A DNA stretch of 45,944 bases, filler included, from Sphacelaria rigidula (GCA_964200075.2; 2 parts of 2 records of this genome joined end to end with filler, not necessarily neighbours in it), one strand, 5' to 3'. Shown: positions 1-11,995, counted from the whole stretch's first letter. Numbers and translations: made by a program. Notes: generated by a model from the sequence alone, not told the origin.

Positions 1-903
1 GTATGTGATGCCACTGCAAAGATAGTGTGGGGCCCTATCCCTGGCCCGAATAAGCCTTCCCAGGTTTCCAAGTGCAGGGCGGTCGCAGCTTGGTTTTATG
101 GTATTACTTACAGTCAGTATACCGTTCCCGAGTTTTTCCGGAGCGTTTTTTGGGTCCCATATCTATACTGAAACGTAGTTATTTGCGCTAACAAAGGGTG
201 AGCCGGGAAAACCCGGAAAGGAGTGTACATGTTACTATGTGGTTATTTTCACCACGCCCTAAAACCAGGTGGGCTGTGGAAAGACAAAATGATCTACTGT
301 CATGAGTTCTGCTTGTCCCTCTGGCGATGACTTGCAGGGTGCAGTGAACAACTACGTAGTGGATGGGGATCATAAAGCTGTATGTAGGCAGTTGATCATG
401 GTTACCGTAGCCGAAAACTGCCCAGAACGTGCAAGGGTGTATGCAGCGGCAGCTGCTACTTCAGTCGGAGAGGCGTACTACACTGTACTGTATACTATAC
501 TGTTGTATGCATGAGTGCTGCAACGTTGATTCCCTTCGAAGAGAATTTGCCGCATGCAACAAGGGGGAAATGGCGCCTCCCCCCGACAACAAAGGGCTGT
601 GTGGCAAGGTGATGGGGACAATAGTATCATCCAAAGCCACAAGTGGCGGGCGGCCCGCCCGTCGCCGCATCCTGGTGGAAGCTAGCTATTTACCACGACT
701 CATACTGCTTGCCACATCAGATGTACACCACCTAATGCGCACCGTGCACCTGAAAATAGTTCGGATGAAACTTTCGGTCTTCGTCATAACCCTGCGGTTA
801 CATACGCAGATTTTCAGCAACAAGCCACTGTTTTGTGCAGACGCCAGACACGTCATTCCTGACCAGCCTACTTGGTCGTTCTGGAGGCCTGGTCCCAAAA
901 GGG
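1..903 (+). mobile_element. Non-autonomous piggyBac-like element, family 1, copy truncated by the window edge
   Basis: 1-903 aligns colinearly with ~14869-15750. It ends in the same terminus GGTCCCAAAAGGG (891-903), followed by ATAA (a degenerate TTAA). Confidence 0.75.
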
Positions 904-3120
904 ATAACAGCGGATCCTGAAAAGTGGGGTCGACCTCAAAAATGAGGTTCAAGTGGCATATCTTTTTTGCAAGCATGGCACGAAACAGTAACACAGAGCA
1001 AAACCATCTTTCCCCCCCCTAACTCTGCACCAGTGAATTATCAGTTGTTGTGGCCAAATGCACCGAACGACTGCGGTGTACACGCGTATCGATGACGATA
1101 TCGCCAGAGAGAGGAAGCTCCTCGACCGTGTCATTTGTGTACCCTCGCTGGGCGATTACCAATCGCTCGAGAGACTGGTATCATGATTGTTACCAGCACG
1201 TACCGAATTTCTCTTGTGCCGGTAGATATCCCCAAAGAACATCGAGCTGCGGAGAGATTTTGTCTCTTGTTGTCTCTGGAGCTCACCAATGCGAAGATCG
1301 ATTTCTCTCTGCCTCTCGTTTTGGACAGGACGCGCTTCTGTGCGCTGAAAAACAGGGCAATATTCTCGTCACCGCTGCTACTGTGCTTTGTCACACACAT
1401 GCCATCAAGGACGATGCGCTGCGGCAAAAACAACACATGATCCAATTTGTACTTGGGGAGTGTTATTCATCGTTGATTTTACCCTGATATATCCGACCAC
1501 CATGGCGCCCGACCACAAGGGCCTGCCACAGGCTAGTTAGTGTGTGTGTGAGAGAGATCAAACACTTGTGGAGACCTTTTTGACATGCGGAGTGAAAAAA
1601 GATACCTATGGTGGTGACCTAACTGTTGCTAGCGTGGTGCAGAGGGGTGCGTCAGCTGGAATCTGGAGCTTGCGTTGCTCTACTCTACTGACTCCCGTCT
1701 GCAGAGCGTCTGCCGAGAGCGGGTCACACACGGTAACAACATGTTGTTATGTACCCAAATTCGGAACAGCTGTGGAAACAAAACAGTTCGGTTTTTGAAA
1801 CTACGTCCAGATCATTGAAATCAGTGACTGTTTCTTGAACAAAACTTATGGCGTCATCGTGCTAGTTTTGGGGGGGTTGCACATATTCCGGGGAGGACCG
1901 GACGGGACGGGGCAGCGATTTCCGTCTCGTCCCGTCCCGTCCCATTACGAATCCCGTAACAAGCCCTGATTCTGATCGAGTAGTTGATTGCAGGCAATTA
2001 GTGCCACACGTCGAGTGCTCCAACACATGATTCTACAACAAATCTGATGTGTCATGCTCTCGCCTCACCCGGATATGCAACACCGAAAGCTTGGAGATAT
2101 AGTCATCGTTTGTCAACCGGACAATGTGTGAATTTTCCCTGAAGTTACGCAGTAGGTGTGTACTTTTTTCATCATCATTTCCTCACACCAGTCCGATCTC
2201 GCGAACCCGTGGTCACAAGACGTAGGCTCGCCTTTCCAATATCGTCCCTGCTATTACTTACAAGACATATTACTAAAAATAAAAAAGAAGGGAGACGCCA
2301 CGAAAGGATGTGAAAAGTAGCTCCCCCGAGTTCAACAGGGAGAAGAAATAAATAAAAACTAATTATATAGTACTAGGGATTTTGTACCAATCGCCCCAAG
2401 AATGGATAATAACGGAGAATAATTAATCGCGTAAAATGGCCGTACAAACACTGCAAATAACAGATAAGCGCTGCGATGAAAATGACTGCAAAGTCGGACG
2501 GGGATTGTTCGAAAATCTATTTGGGAGACCCTACATTTTCATACCCAAATGGATGTTCATGGACAAGCTCCCCCATCAGCGCTTCTTCGCGTCGGGAGTA
2601 AATGCGCATGCACTTGTTCCACGAGTACTGGACTTCAGCCCGCCTTCAGCTTTGATGGAAACTTAAATTGACCCTACCGAACAATGAAGTTGAATCAATA
2701 TGTCGTCGTCACTCGTTTGCGAGCGCCTACAGACATGAGCAGGACCGACCACAGCCACCTTCATATGCCCCAATCACATCCAGCGCTTCTAATTTCTTTA
2801 GCCTCCAGTCGCGATCAGCGGTATAGCAGTGATCACAGGTTAGTGCACTATCTTGCCAGCTTTCCCCTCTTCCTCCTGCTTGGCAACTACTCTAGAGGCA
2901 CATTGAGCACCGTTAGGCTATTTGCCACCCCAACTCGATTACAGCATGTTGAGTCCCATGTACTCACTGTCCTCAGTAACTGGTACCCTGAGAGAACCGT
3001 TTCAACAAAAACAAGATGTACCCCACAGGCGAGAAATGCACAGACATATCTCTTGAGCTACAAACTTAGGCCTAAGAGAGCCGTCTCCTTGTTCCTCGTG
3101 CCTTCACTAGTGATCGCTCG

Positions 3121-3276
3121 CTACCGTTGTTGGCTTTGGTCAACAATAGAAGTAAAAGCTGTACTCCTCCCCTTGGCTGCGAAAACAGCGTTCCATTGTT
3201 TGACAGCCTCGTCTACGTCGTCCGCCTTCGTGATGGCGGATATTACGGCAATGCTCTCGGCGCCGGCTGCCAAAAT
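3121..3276 (-). CDS. thiDE: thiDE exon 5 (terminal)
   Basis: Acceptor CCCCAG|ATT. Encodes [20 protein letters not shown]..., ending in TAG at 3123-3121. Confidence 0.9.
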   Translation of the reverse strand: MLAAGAESIAVISAITKADDVDEAVKQWNAVFAAKGRSTAFTSIVDQSQQR

Positions 3277-6200
3277 CTGGGGGATACATGCGTTAATTGT
3301 CCAAAGCACAATCAAAAACGGCAATAAAAAAGATGTCTCGCAGGGGTCACGTCGATCAGACTGGCCGAATCATGCGCACACGCACATTTCTCAAGCCCTC
3401 CACTGCGTGCAAGGCTGACGTGGACTGAATGAAAGACTTGAGATAGGTATCAAATTGCTACGAAGTAACACGACTGTAAGTACAAACAAGGGGGACGTGT
3501 GAGCAGATGCAGACAAGTCTCATGTCATCAATGAGAGTAGTTTTATGGGGGGGGTTTCTTACGAAAACGCGATCGATAGCTGTCTTGAAAAATATGCAGA
3601 ACACGCCATATCAAATCGCACAATATGTTTCTGAAGAGTTATTCGTCGGTATTACCGGAGCCGGCCTGCTTCGACCTGTACAAGCGTATAATTCTACATT
3701 CAATTGGCTGTGTGATCACTCCGCTTTCGATGGGCCTACTCGACCGACCTGAGAACATCCCTCGCCCCCTCGCCGTGTCCACCCACGTGACTGTCACAGA
3801 AAAATATTCCGAGACGAGGCCTCGCAACCAGCGGGTTGAGAGCAAACATACTCTTATGCTTCTACAGTATATGTGATTGTATCTTTGTATGAAAGTATGT
3901 CAAAGGAGGTGGGTCGACGGAAGAGGAAGAGTGGCTGCTCAAGACGATAGCAGCGCAACTATCGTGAATGATGATAAACAAGCAAACTTTGCGGGCGGCT
4001 TGTAGAGACGATATCACAGTTTGTTCCATGCCCGCCCTCCCGTTGCAGGTAAACGCTCATCAATTCCAGGTAAGGCTGCGGAGGCATCTGAGTCTTTAAT
4101 TTGTAGGAGCCCAAATATATGGGGCTTACTGTGCAACCCAAATCTCCGGCGACCGGACTCCCAGAAACATGGTGCTTGCACGCAGGGGTCTTTTTGTGAG
4201 TCGGCATCATTTTGGGCCTTTCTCTAGTAAAAATGATGCCGATTCTCAAAATGATCCATCCAACACCCCAAGCAGCCTCGAGAAACGTTTTCGCTAAAAA
4301 GATGCACCCCCTAGCGTAGCATTGCTCTCGGCGAAGAACAAACTCTACGGTCGCCAGCGCCCCTAGCGCCGACAAGGTGTACATCAACCACATTGAGGAT
4401 GCCTTGCCAGCACCCACTGATCACAGGATTCCCCAAGTTGCCATTGCCGGCCTTCTCAACGCCGGCCAGTCAACCCTAGTGAACTATATGGTGGGCGATA
4501 AGGTGCGTGGGGGAATATGTGACGTATACGGGGCGCGCAATGAAACACTTTTCTGAAACTCACACATGGAGAAACCTTTGTGAGCATAGCATCGGGAAAG
4601 AGATGATTATGTACAACAAAACAGCAATTCACTTTACTCAATTACACAAAACATCACATCGAAGCAATTTCCTATGGAAGTCAACTGTGCTCTCTCTCGC
4701 ACCCACTCACCTGCGGCGCGGTCTCCAAGCTAATCCCGCCGATGGCAACAAGAGGAACGCCTTCATCAATGAGCGCCCTCCATGCTTCAACCAACTTTGA
4801 GCCCCTCGGAGAAAACGCTACTTTTTTAGAATAAGTCTCAAAAACAGGCCCCAGCGAAATATAGCTCGGTCGCACGGCTGTCGCCCTGGCCAACTCCAAA
4901 TACGAATGCGTGCTGACGCCCAGTCGCAATCCTGCGGCACCGATAGCCGCTAATGCTTCCCCACCTGCTGCATCCAAATCTTCCTGCCCCAGGTGGACCC
5001 CGTAAACTCCGTATTTTATAGCTTCGCGCCAGAAATCGTTGACCCACAATCGCCCCCCCCCACCATCGCCGTTGCCTGACGCTCGGCAGGCCGCCGCCGC
5101 CGAGGAAATTTCCGCGTCGACGGCCTCTGATGAAACCCCCTTCACCCGTAGCTGTATGTCTCTCACGCCAAGAGACAGTAGCTTTTTTACCCTGTTTTTG
5201 ACGATTACGTGGGATATCGGGGATTTGCTTACTGAATAGTTTGATACGCCACACGTGGCGGTGCGGGTATGGAACTGTGATGGGGACTAAGGTAGGGAGG
5301 GGTAGAGGGACACATAATTGAAAAATGGATGGTTAATTGCGATCAACATAATTACCTTCTAGTTTGCATGTCCACCCATTTTGAAGAAAAGACCAAAGCG
5401 TTTCACTGACTCCATAGGTTCATTGAAGCTCTGGTGGAAGTAATAGAGGCATCAAGTATATAACTGGTACCGATGTGTGTCCAACGCTCACAGAGATTGG
5501 CCCCAAAACGTCGAGAAAAACGAGCCGTGTGCAAGTGATCGATCGCTCGGATTGCCGCTGGAATCCGCCCGAAATCTTTTAACCACCATTGGATAGGGCC
5601 GATCGAGCATGTGCTGCGTGTCAGCGCTTGCGGCGCACACCCACACCCCCCCGCCACCTCAACCGAAATCCATGGCGGTAACCGTACATGAGCAACCCCG
5701 CACGCGGCCGCCATAAGTAGTAATGAACGGGTACGCCGCTCTCCGTGGCGGCGTGCCCGAAAACCGCACTACCTGGAGTACCGTAAAAACAACACATACT
5801 CTCTCCACAACGCGCACCGATACACTCACCACTCTGCCGTGTCCACAATCGGATACACTCCCCAATCGCGGTGACACGGAGGGAAGGCGTCCGGTCGACC
5901 CATGCCGGCGATCCCAGCGTTTGCAGTCGCCGTGACCCAGGGGAAGCAGTCCGAACGAGACGGCCATACCGTCTGCGCGACGGGGCCAGGCCCTCCTTTT
6001 CCCAGCTTCTTCGCGACTGCGATACCCTGGGTAACGTACGCTTTCGCTATGACGACAGAATCCGTAGGGTTGAACCCAAGGGCCAGGCAAGCTGCTGCCG
6101 CGGAGGAGAGCGTACACCCCGTTCCATGAGTATTATCATTGTCCACCCGTGGCCCCGTGAGCCAGAAGGTTCCCCCGGAGGTGCCGTCCGTCCAATAATC

Positions 6201-8176
6201 CTGACAATAAGAAAATTGACAACTGCTACTTGGTACGAGACTACTACCGCCGGTCTGGCTCGCCGCCGGCGCTGTCCCACCTGGCGCCCCTCCTTCGCCC
6301 CGCGTATCGTCTCTGTGTGAGATACTCGCTACTGGTTTTCTTGATGCATGACCTCCCTTGATCAGTACGCCGCTCGCACCGGATGAGGTCAACAGCTCTG
6401 CCGCGCCGGCCTCGACTTCGGCCGGCGTGCATAGCGTGCGGCCTAGTAGGGCCTCAGCCTCTACAAGGTTTGGCGTGATCATAGTTGCTCGCGGGAAAAT
6501 TCGCTCCATCATTCGAGTCTGCGCGCCTTCGGCCATCAGTCGCGCCCCGCTGTTTAGAGCATTTCGCAGCAGTAATAGTATTATCGGTTCACCGTGCGAG
6601 GCACACGGGGGGGAGGGGGGGTGCTCATCTGTTGCTTGCTTGCCTTAGTCGTCTGACCATTGGCCACGCATCCCTTTCGAGATGGGGATGGGGCACCGTT
6701 CCTACTCGAGGCCCACGGAGGAAAGGGGAGATATGAGTCGATGTAAGCAATCAAGAGACGTGCCCCAGTGCTTACGATGTTCGCTGAATACACATATCGT
6801 ACATGGAGCCACTCGATACTGCAATGTTGTACCGCGCGAGTATGTTCAACAAGCATCGCGTGAATGCTTGTGCGGCCCACCTGGTGGAGATCATGACCGG
6901 ATCGCATACAACCTTGCCCTCGTACCCGTCCAGAAAGTCCCCCACCGCGCAAACGACAGCATCCGTGCCCATCATTCCCAATTTCACCGCCGCTGCCGGC
7001 ATGTCTTCTTCAAGTGCTGAAATCGTGGCTTTGATCATATCCACCGAAGCATACTCCACGTGCGTGACGGTGTGGCTATTTTGGGCTGCACAAGTGCGCG
7101 GTTGGTTAGTTCGTTTTTCGTTAAATCAGGTATTCACAACAGATCATTGCAGTGGACATCGGGGCAGGAGTTACAGGGTATGGAAGAATAAAAGAAGAGT
7201 ACCATGTGGGGCGGGGAGCATTTATTGATCATCTGACGTACATCAACTTCTCCCCGAGGGATGCAGCCGGGGTCATTACTCACAATATAAATGTACCTCA
7301 GGTAAACGTAACGGAAGCAGGACCGAAAATAGACTCGACGAATGTGGGAGGACGACAAAGAAAGAACAAACGGAGTAAAGTGGACAAAAACGAGAGGCAA
7401 GTCAAACAGAAAATGCGTATATACGCATGTCGGGGTTGCAGAGCTTGGACAAAGTTGGTGTTACGTACAACTGTAACCAGCATCGTCGTCGTGAGTATCC
7501 AACACTAGTCTACTTGCATCAAGAGTGTGGGGCCGCCGCTGTCGTGTACACAGGGGCGTGCTTCCGAGCTGTAATTACGCCGCAAGACACATGATGCTTG
7601 TATGTCAGCAGACGGTGCGTTGGTAAGCTGCCGTGAACGGGAGTTGCACGGCACATTTGTGATGCTCCTGCACAACGTTAGCCACGCCCCCCCTATATAT
7701 ATAACAGACATTCACGAGTATATACACACACCTGTCATGGCCGTGATGACGCTACAACCGTGCGCGCCAAGAGCATGCATCGCGTGCAGGTCCGCCTGAA
7801 TGCCCGCTCCTCCGCCAGAATCAGATCCAGCAACAGTCCATACAATCGGCGGCACGGTCTGCTTTCTTTTCGCCTCGCTAGATTTTCCTTGTCCATTCTC
7901 AAGCGCCATCTTTCCACCGCCCAATACCGCTGCCGCTTCACTGTTGTGTGTTGTTGCACCTGTAGCGCTAGTAGCTATGCTTGTTGCTCTCGAATCAGTT
8001 GCAGTTGCAGTTGACGTAAACATGTGTCGACCAGCACTCACAGAAGGCACCACGGCGAAGGAAAACGCGGCGCTAGACGACAGCAACGATACAAACGATA
8101 GAAAACTCAGTACAGCAACCGTTTGAATGGCAATGTGCAGTCTCCTTTGCCTTAGCCGCCCTGCACAAAAGCCCAT
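3121..8176 (-). CDS. thiDE: Bifunctional hydroxymethylpyrimidine(-phosphate) kinase / thiamine-phosphate synthase (ThiD-ThiE fusion, TH1-like), probably plastid-targeted; join 8176-7732, 7085-6881, 6549-5830, 5191-4711, 3276-3121; 668 aa
   Basis: ThiD motifs: [61 protein letters not shown]. ThiE motifs: [45 protein letters not shown]. All four introns are GT-AG and phase-consistent; the CDS totals 2007 nt. Confidence 0.93.
4186..4257. repeat. Short imperfect hairpin (MITE-like remnant) in thiDE intron 4
   Basis: TTTGTGAGTCGGCATCATTT pairs with AAATGATGCCGATTCTCAAA across a short loop. Confidence 0.6.
4320..4502 (+). pseudogene. Orphan exon fragment resembling the N-terminal G1/P-loop of an Era/ERAL1-type GTPase, antisense inside thiDE intron 4
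   Basis: Reads ...[30 protein letters not shown] followed by donor-like AAG|GTGCGT. It resembles the Era-type VAIxGxPNAGKSTLxNxLVGxK motif with Pro->Leu and Lys->Gln. There is an upstream in-frame TAG and I found no downstream exons. Confidence 0.6.
4711..5191 (-). CDS. thiDE: thiDE exon 4 (ThiE core)
   Basis: Acceptor AACAG|GGTA. Encodes [17 protein letters not shown]...GVHLGQEDL...LGVSTH...[13 protein letters not shown]. Donor CAG|GTGAGT. Confidence 0.93.
5830..6549 (-). CDS. thiDE: thiDE exon 3 (ThiD C-terminal half, linker, start of ThiE)
   Basis: Acceptor AACAG|CGGG. Encodes [41 protein letters not shown]. Donor TG|GTGAGT. Confidence 0.92.
6609..6706. mobile_element. Short G-run-terminated retroposon-like insert in thiDE intron 2
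   Basis: Flanked by 11/12 direct repeats CGAGGCACACGG (6597-6608) and CGAGGCCCACGG (6707-6718). The core CTCAT-TGTTGCTTGCCTT-GTCGT-TGACCAT recurs at ~22851-22925 and ~40284-40325. Confidence 0.55.
6881..7085 (-). CDS. thiDE: thiDE exon 2
   Basis: Acceptor TGCAG|CCCAA. Encodes [12 protein letters not shown]...VKLGMMG...[10 protein letters not shown]. Donor CAG|GTGGGC. Confidence 0.92.
7732..8176 (-). CDS. thiDE: thiDE exon 1 (presequence + start of ThiD)
   Basis: First in-frame ATG at 8176 (MGFCAG...). Hydrophobic segment ending SSSAA|FSF, then an S/T/A-rich transit-like region and [16 protein letters not shown]. Donor ACAG|GTGTGT. Confidence 0.88.
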
Positions 8177-8489
8177 GCTCCTCCTCTCACTGTGGGGTGT
8201 TATCCATGGGACTGTCAAACCCTTAGATACACACCATTCGGGACATATCTTAAACGTGATACATAGTACATAGCATTGACCTGTGATTCAGATCCGCGGT
8301 CAAAGCCACTGTGGACGAAGCTGAACGTGTCGCGTCTTGCGGTGCCCCGGCGTGCATCTGCTAAATCGGTACCATCGTCATTCCATATGTGAATATCGCT
8401 CTGTCCTCAGTTGACCCTAATCTTCAAGTGGGATCAAAGATGCCACAAAACCGAGTCGTTCCTAAAAATAAACTGAATAACTGGGAAAG

Positions 8490-9170
8490 GCGACAAACAA
8501 CGTTTTCGTGAGATTGAGAGTAGAGCCCTGAGTGAGAGCGGTTTTGATCTTTTGCCTTAACGTAGCCATTTTTCATTTTGTGCGTGCTTTTCTTTCTCTT
8601 TATCATTGGTGTGTGCACTTACAGCAACACGTCGATATCCTAATCAGGGATACGTCGATATCCTAATCAGGGATATCAAAGGCCTCAATGGCCAGCTGCT
8701 AGAGAAGGCATAATATATTATATCGGGCCTCGTGGAGGGACATTTCGGAACTGAAACGATTCATTTACTAATAATTATTGGGCGATTTTCACTCTCAATC
8801 GTATATGTTGTTTGTTGTGTTTGTTGTTTGTTTATGCTTATTGTTTATGTTGTTATTTGTTCTTGTTGCTATTGTTTGTTGGTGGTGGTCGTCGTGTTGC
8901 TCTTGTTGTTATCACTGCCCCCTTTTTTTCCTCTCTGAGGCCGTTGCTTCTGTCTTTTTCCGTTCCTTTCTTTCTTTTTTCTTTTTATTATTATGTTCTA
9001 TTTTTGCTGCTCCTGACCACGGGCTGGATTGTTGCAATGAGCTAATGTGAGATAATCATTCAATCAATCGGCCATTCAACTCTCAATCGTATCCTCCACT
9101 ACTCTCAATTCCATGAAAACATTGTTGACAAGGGAATCATCGAGACAAAACGTGCAGCGGACTGAAATAA
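8490..9170 (+). repeat. Dispersed repeat upstream of thiDE; inverted homologue at ~25760-26235
   Basis: AACAACGTTTTCGTGAGATT, GGCCTCGTGGAGGGACATTTCGGAACTGAAACGA and GAAAACATTGTTG each match the reverse complement of 25830-26230. This copy carries a 23-bp tandem duplication (8629-8674) and a LINE-like insert. Confidence 0.7.
8805..9078 (+). mobile_element. 5'-truncated non-LTR retrotransposon 3' end
   Basis: Perfect 14-bp target-site duplication ACTCTCAATCGTAT (8791-8804 and 9079-9092). T-rich body ending ...GAGATAATCATTCAATCAATC. Confidence 0.7.
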
Positions 9171-11508
9171 TAATAGTGATGACAGCGCATCAACACCCAA
9201 CATGGGTTCCATTCTCACTGAAACGAGTCACAGCCTTGGGGAAAGCGTTGATGGAGGTTGAGACTCATGTCATTACTCGCCTCAGGTTAAACGTCAAACT
9301 GCTGAACCAACAATCAGTGTTTCTCAACACAATCGGTCGTGGTGGTTGGATACTGTGGCAAACGTGATTAACCTCAAAAAGGCATACCGAAGCGAGACTT
9401 GGATGTTTCGATGATGTTCGGATTAGACCCATTATTATCGACACTGTTTTTGCGGAGATCTCCGAATATCTGGAGATTGGCGAGGTACTCGATGGCTCTC
9501 GAACACTTACGAGCGCCATGACGTGCACGCAGAGTAACTTGCCGAAGTGCTGCGCTGCAGATCGATTTTTTTCGGATTTCTCCAAAAATGAATCGTCGGA
9601 GGAAAAAAGCAGGCGTTTCGTTTTCAGAGAAGTCTGAACACGGAGTCCGAAAAATCCGAAACAAAACGAGATCTTGAAAAAAATCATTTTGATAATAATG
9701 GGGGACGGTATCCCTCAAAGGTGCCTCCGAGGGGTACCATTCCGCACAAATATGAACACTAATATCCAAGCTATGATTCGGAATTTTTCGTTCCCATGTT
9801 TCGAAATTCCCTGTTGTTACAGCAGCAGCAGAGCTTACGTGTTGGTCGTAAAAATACTTAATTGCCTAAATTTAGAGAGGCTGATAGTCCAAAGTGCTCC
9901 GACCTTGCCCAGACAGAACGTGTTGCTGTCGAAGTCGGTGCCTGAGGCGCCGATTTCAAGCCCACCAACGCACTCTTTACCTCGAGCAACCTTTGCACCC
10001 CCCCCCCCCTCACGCGAGGGTTCTCGTGTGCTTCGTGCCTCAGTCGGGGTTAGGCTCATAGGGTTAGTTCAGAATCCGTTTCTATACGAACACGGCGTCA
10101 GCACGATAACTCGTTTTCACTAGAGCACGGAAATGGTACCAGTTATAGGCAGCCGTTATCATCATTGTAATGATGAGTGCTAATAATAATGGTAATGGTG
10201 ACACGATTTTTTTGGATGCTGGTTTCAAACCATCATGTACCGTTACGGGCTTTTTTCACCCAAATTTTGCGTTTTTTTAGCTGTACTTGTAGTGAAGCCA
10301 ATTCGCGTCAAAACGTGCCTCCGGGACGACACTCCTAGCGGCGCCCCTGCCGGGGGGGGGGGACTTTTTGGCTCGCGGCTGTGCCGCTTGATGACCAAAC
10401 CAGTATGTACCATTTGAATGGTAAATAGTTGGAAAACCAATGACGAGCTCTAGGTTCAACACACGACATTCTTGCTTGTTCGTCAAAGATACAGCCCTAG
10501 GGGGGGCGTAATAACCACAACATAGTACAGCGCAACCTCTTTCGGGATACATTGTCGAAGCTAAGTCACGGGTGGGTGCTGAACAGTACCAGGGAACGGG
10601 TTGAATGTCTGTTCAGGTGAGAGCACTTTTTCAAGGCTCTTCGGTCACCAGGATTTCCCGCGGGTTGCGCTTGATCCCAAAAAGATGAACAGACACTAGT
10701 ACCCCACCCGAAATCGCAGTTTCAGATCTTTCGCCGCGTCCATTTGGTCATGCAAATATGTTTCCATCCCGATCCCCTCTCTCAACCCCCCGTATGTTTC
10801 CAGATGGGGGCGATCGTGGAAAACTCGAGATTAAAAATGCAGAAGCACTCTCCGACCGTGATGTGTGAGCTAGCTCGTCATCAGATGAATCCATCCACAT
10901 ATTGTAAAATCCCGTGTATATACCCAGCAACTTCGATCTCCGTCATTCCCGCACAAGAAACTACTCTTGTTTGTAAGAATTCCCCTTTCAACACGGGAAT
11001 CGACAAATTGCGGATTGTTTTCTTTTCTAGGATAAACGAGGCGAAACATCACGACCGGGTAGTGAATGTTCATGTTATTTTCGAGAATATTTCGATCCCT
11101 ACGAAGGTTCCTCCCCAACAAAAAACCCATCCTCAGTCAGTGAAATCGCGTTACCTTCCGATTCTCAAACTGATCGATCAAGTAATGAATCGTCCCAGTG
11201 ACTGATCCGGCACGATTCCAACCGTCAGTGACGACATCAACATACCCAAGGTATTAGTCGGGGGTTTTCGCCGAAGGATCCTCGAAAAAGGGGTATGGGG
11301 TGAAGGTACCACATAGTTTGCAATGAAATCCTGATCAAGTGGACCCAAGATTTAAACGGATACATTTGTTTCCACTTCAAAGGGAGTTGCATGTTCCACT
11401 ACATATGGACAAATTCAAGTAAATATCATGCCATCAAAAAAATGTAATGAGTGCTATATACCAGGTGCCCCTTTCTTCATCTAGCTCGCCCCGCAATGAA
11501 TCGCACAG

Positions 11509-11644
11509 TACCCATGTACCAGCTCATCATTCCAAGATTCCAACACCATGAATTAAACTACGTAGCCTAGCCTGTATACCCATGTACCAGCTCATCGCTC
11601 CAAGACACCAACACCATGACTCGAACTACGTGGCCCAGCCTGAA
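11509..11644. repeat. Two-copy ~68-bp tandem duplication
   Basis: TACCCATGTACCAGCTCATC...CAACACCATGA...AACTACGT..CC.AGCCTG occurs twice in tandem. Confidence 0.8.
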
Positions 11645-11890
11645 CACGATTATCGTGCGTACCGCCCCACCTCAATGACTATCCGGAATGCTGCAAGAGT
11701 CCGTTTCCGATTGCTCGCATCTGAAAACATAGACCGCATGATGCTTCTACTTTAAGTGCATGCGGCCCCGCCGTGATACGATCGGTACAATACTCGTCCA
11801 GTACCATACGTACGCGTACAATACTGGGAAAGTCGTGACCACAGTGCTGCAGTAGACTACTGTACACCCAAGCTCTATAGCTCTTCTTGT

Positions 11891-11995
11891 GATTGATTTG
11901 ATTGATCTGATTGTTGCACTTCAACTGACCCGCCAGGGGGCCAGCCGTGGTCTCATGACAGACCTGCCCAAGAGAAACAAAACTGAAACACTCGT
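11891..11995 (-). mobile_element. LINE-like 3' tail fragment ((CAAT)n family)
   Basis: The minus strand reads CATGAGACCACGGCTGGCCCCCTGGCGGGTCAGTTGAAGTGCAACAATCAGATCAATCAAATCAATC, homologous to 18398-18466 and to 32498-32570 (minus). Confidence 0.7.

Noticed and set aside
1517..1968. Complete hAT-like MITE
   Set aside because: The right end (CCCGTAACAAGCCCTG with CCCGT subrepeats) looks like a TIR, but the left partner is very degenerate and there is no TSD.
2684..3418. 244-aa plus-strand ORF
   Set aside because: It is antisense to thiDE exon 5 and its 3' flank, with no recognisable motif.
8177..8218. TTG start given by the ORF track for thiDE
   Set aside because: This is a eukaryotic nuclear gene, and the first in-frame ATG (8176) precedes the signal-like segment.
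8220..8228. piggyBac family-2 terminus (CCCTTAGA) just upstream of thiDE
   Set aside because: Only 8 bp match, with no TTAA-like flank and no partner end.
2400..8500. TPP riboswitch in thiDE introns or UTRs
   Set aside because: I saw no CTGAGA ... CCTGA ... TAATGC..GCG.AGG arrangement on the sense strand. An Infernal search with the Rfam TPP model would settle it.
10744..11400. Viral or transposase gene remnant
   Set aside because: All frames are broken by stops and I recognise no motif; it needs BLASTX.
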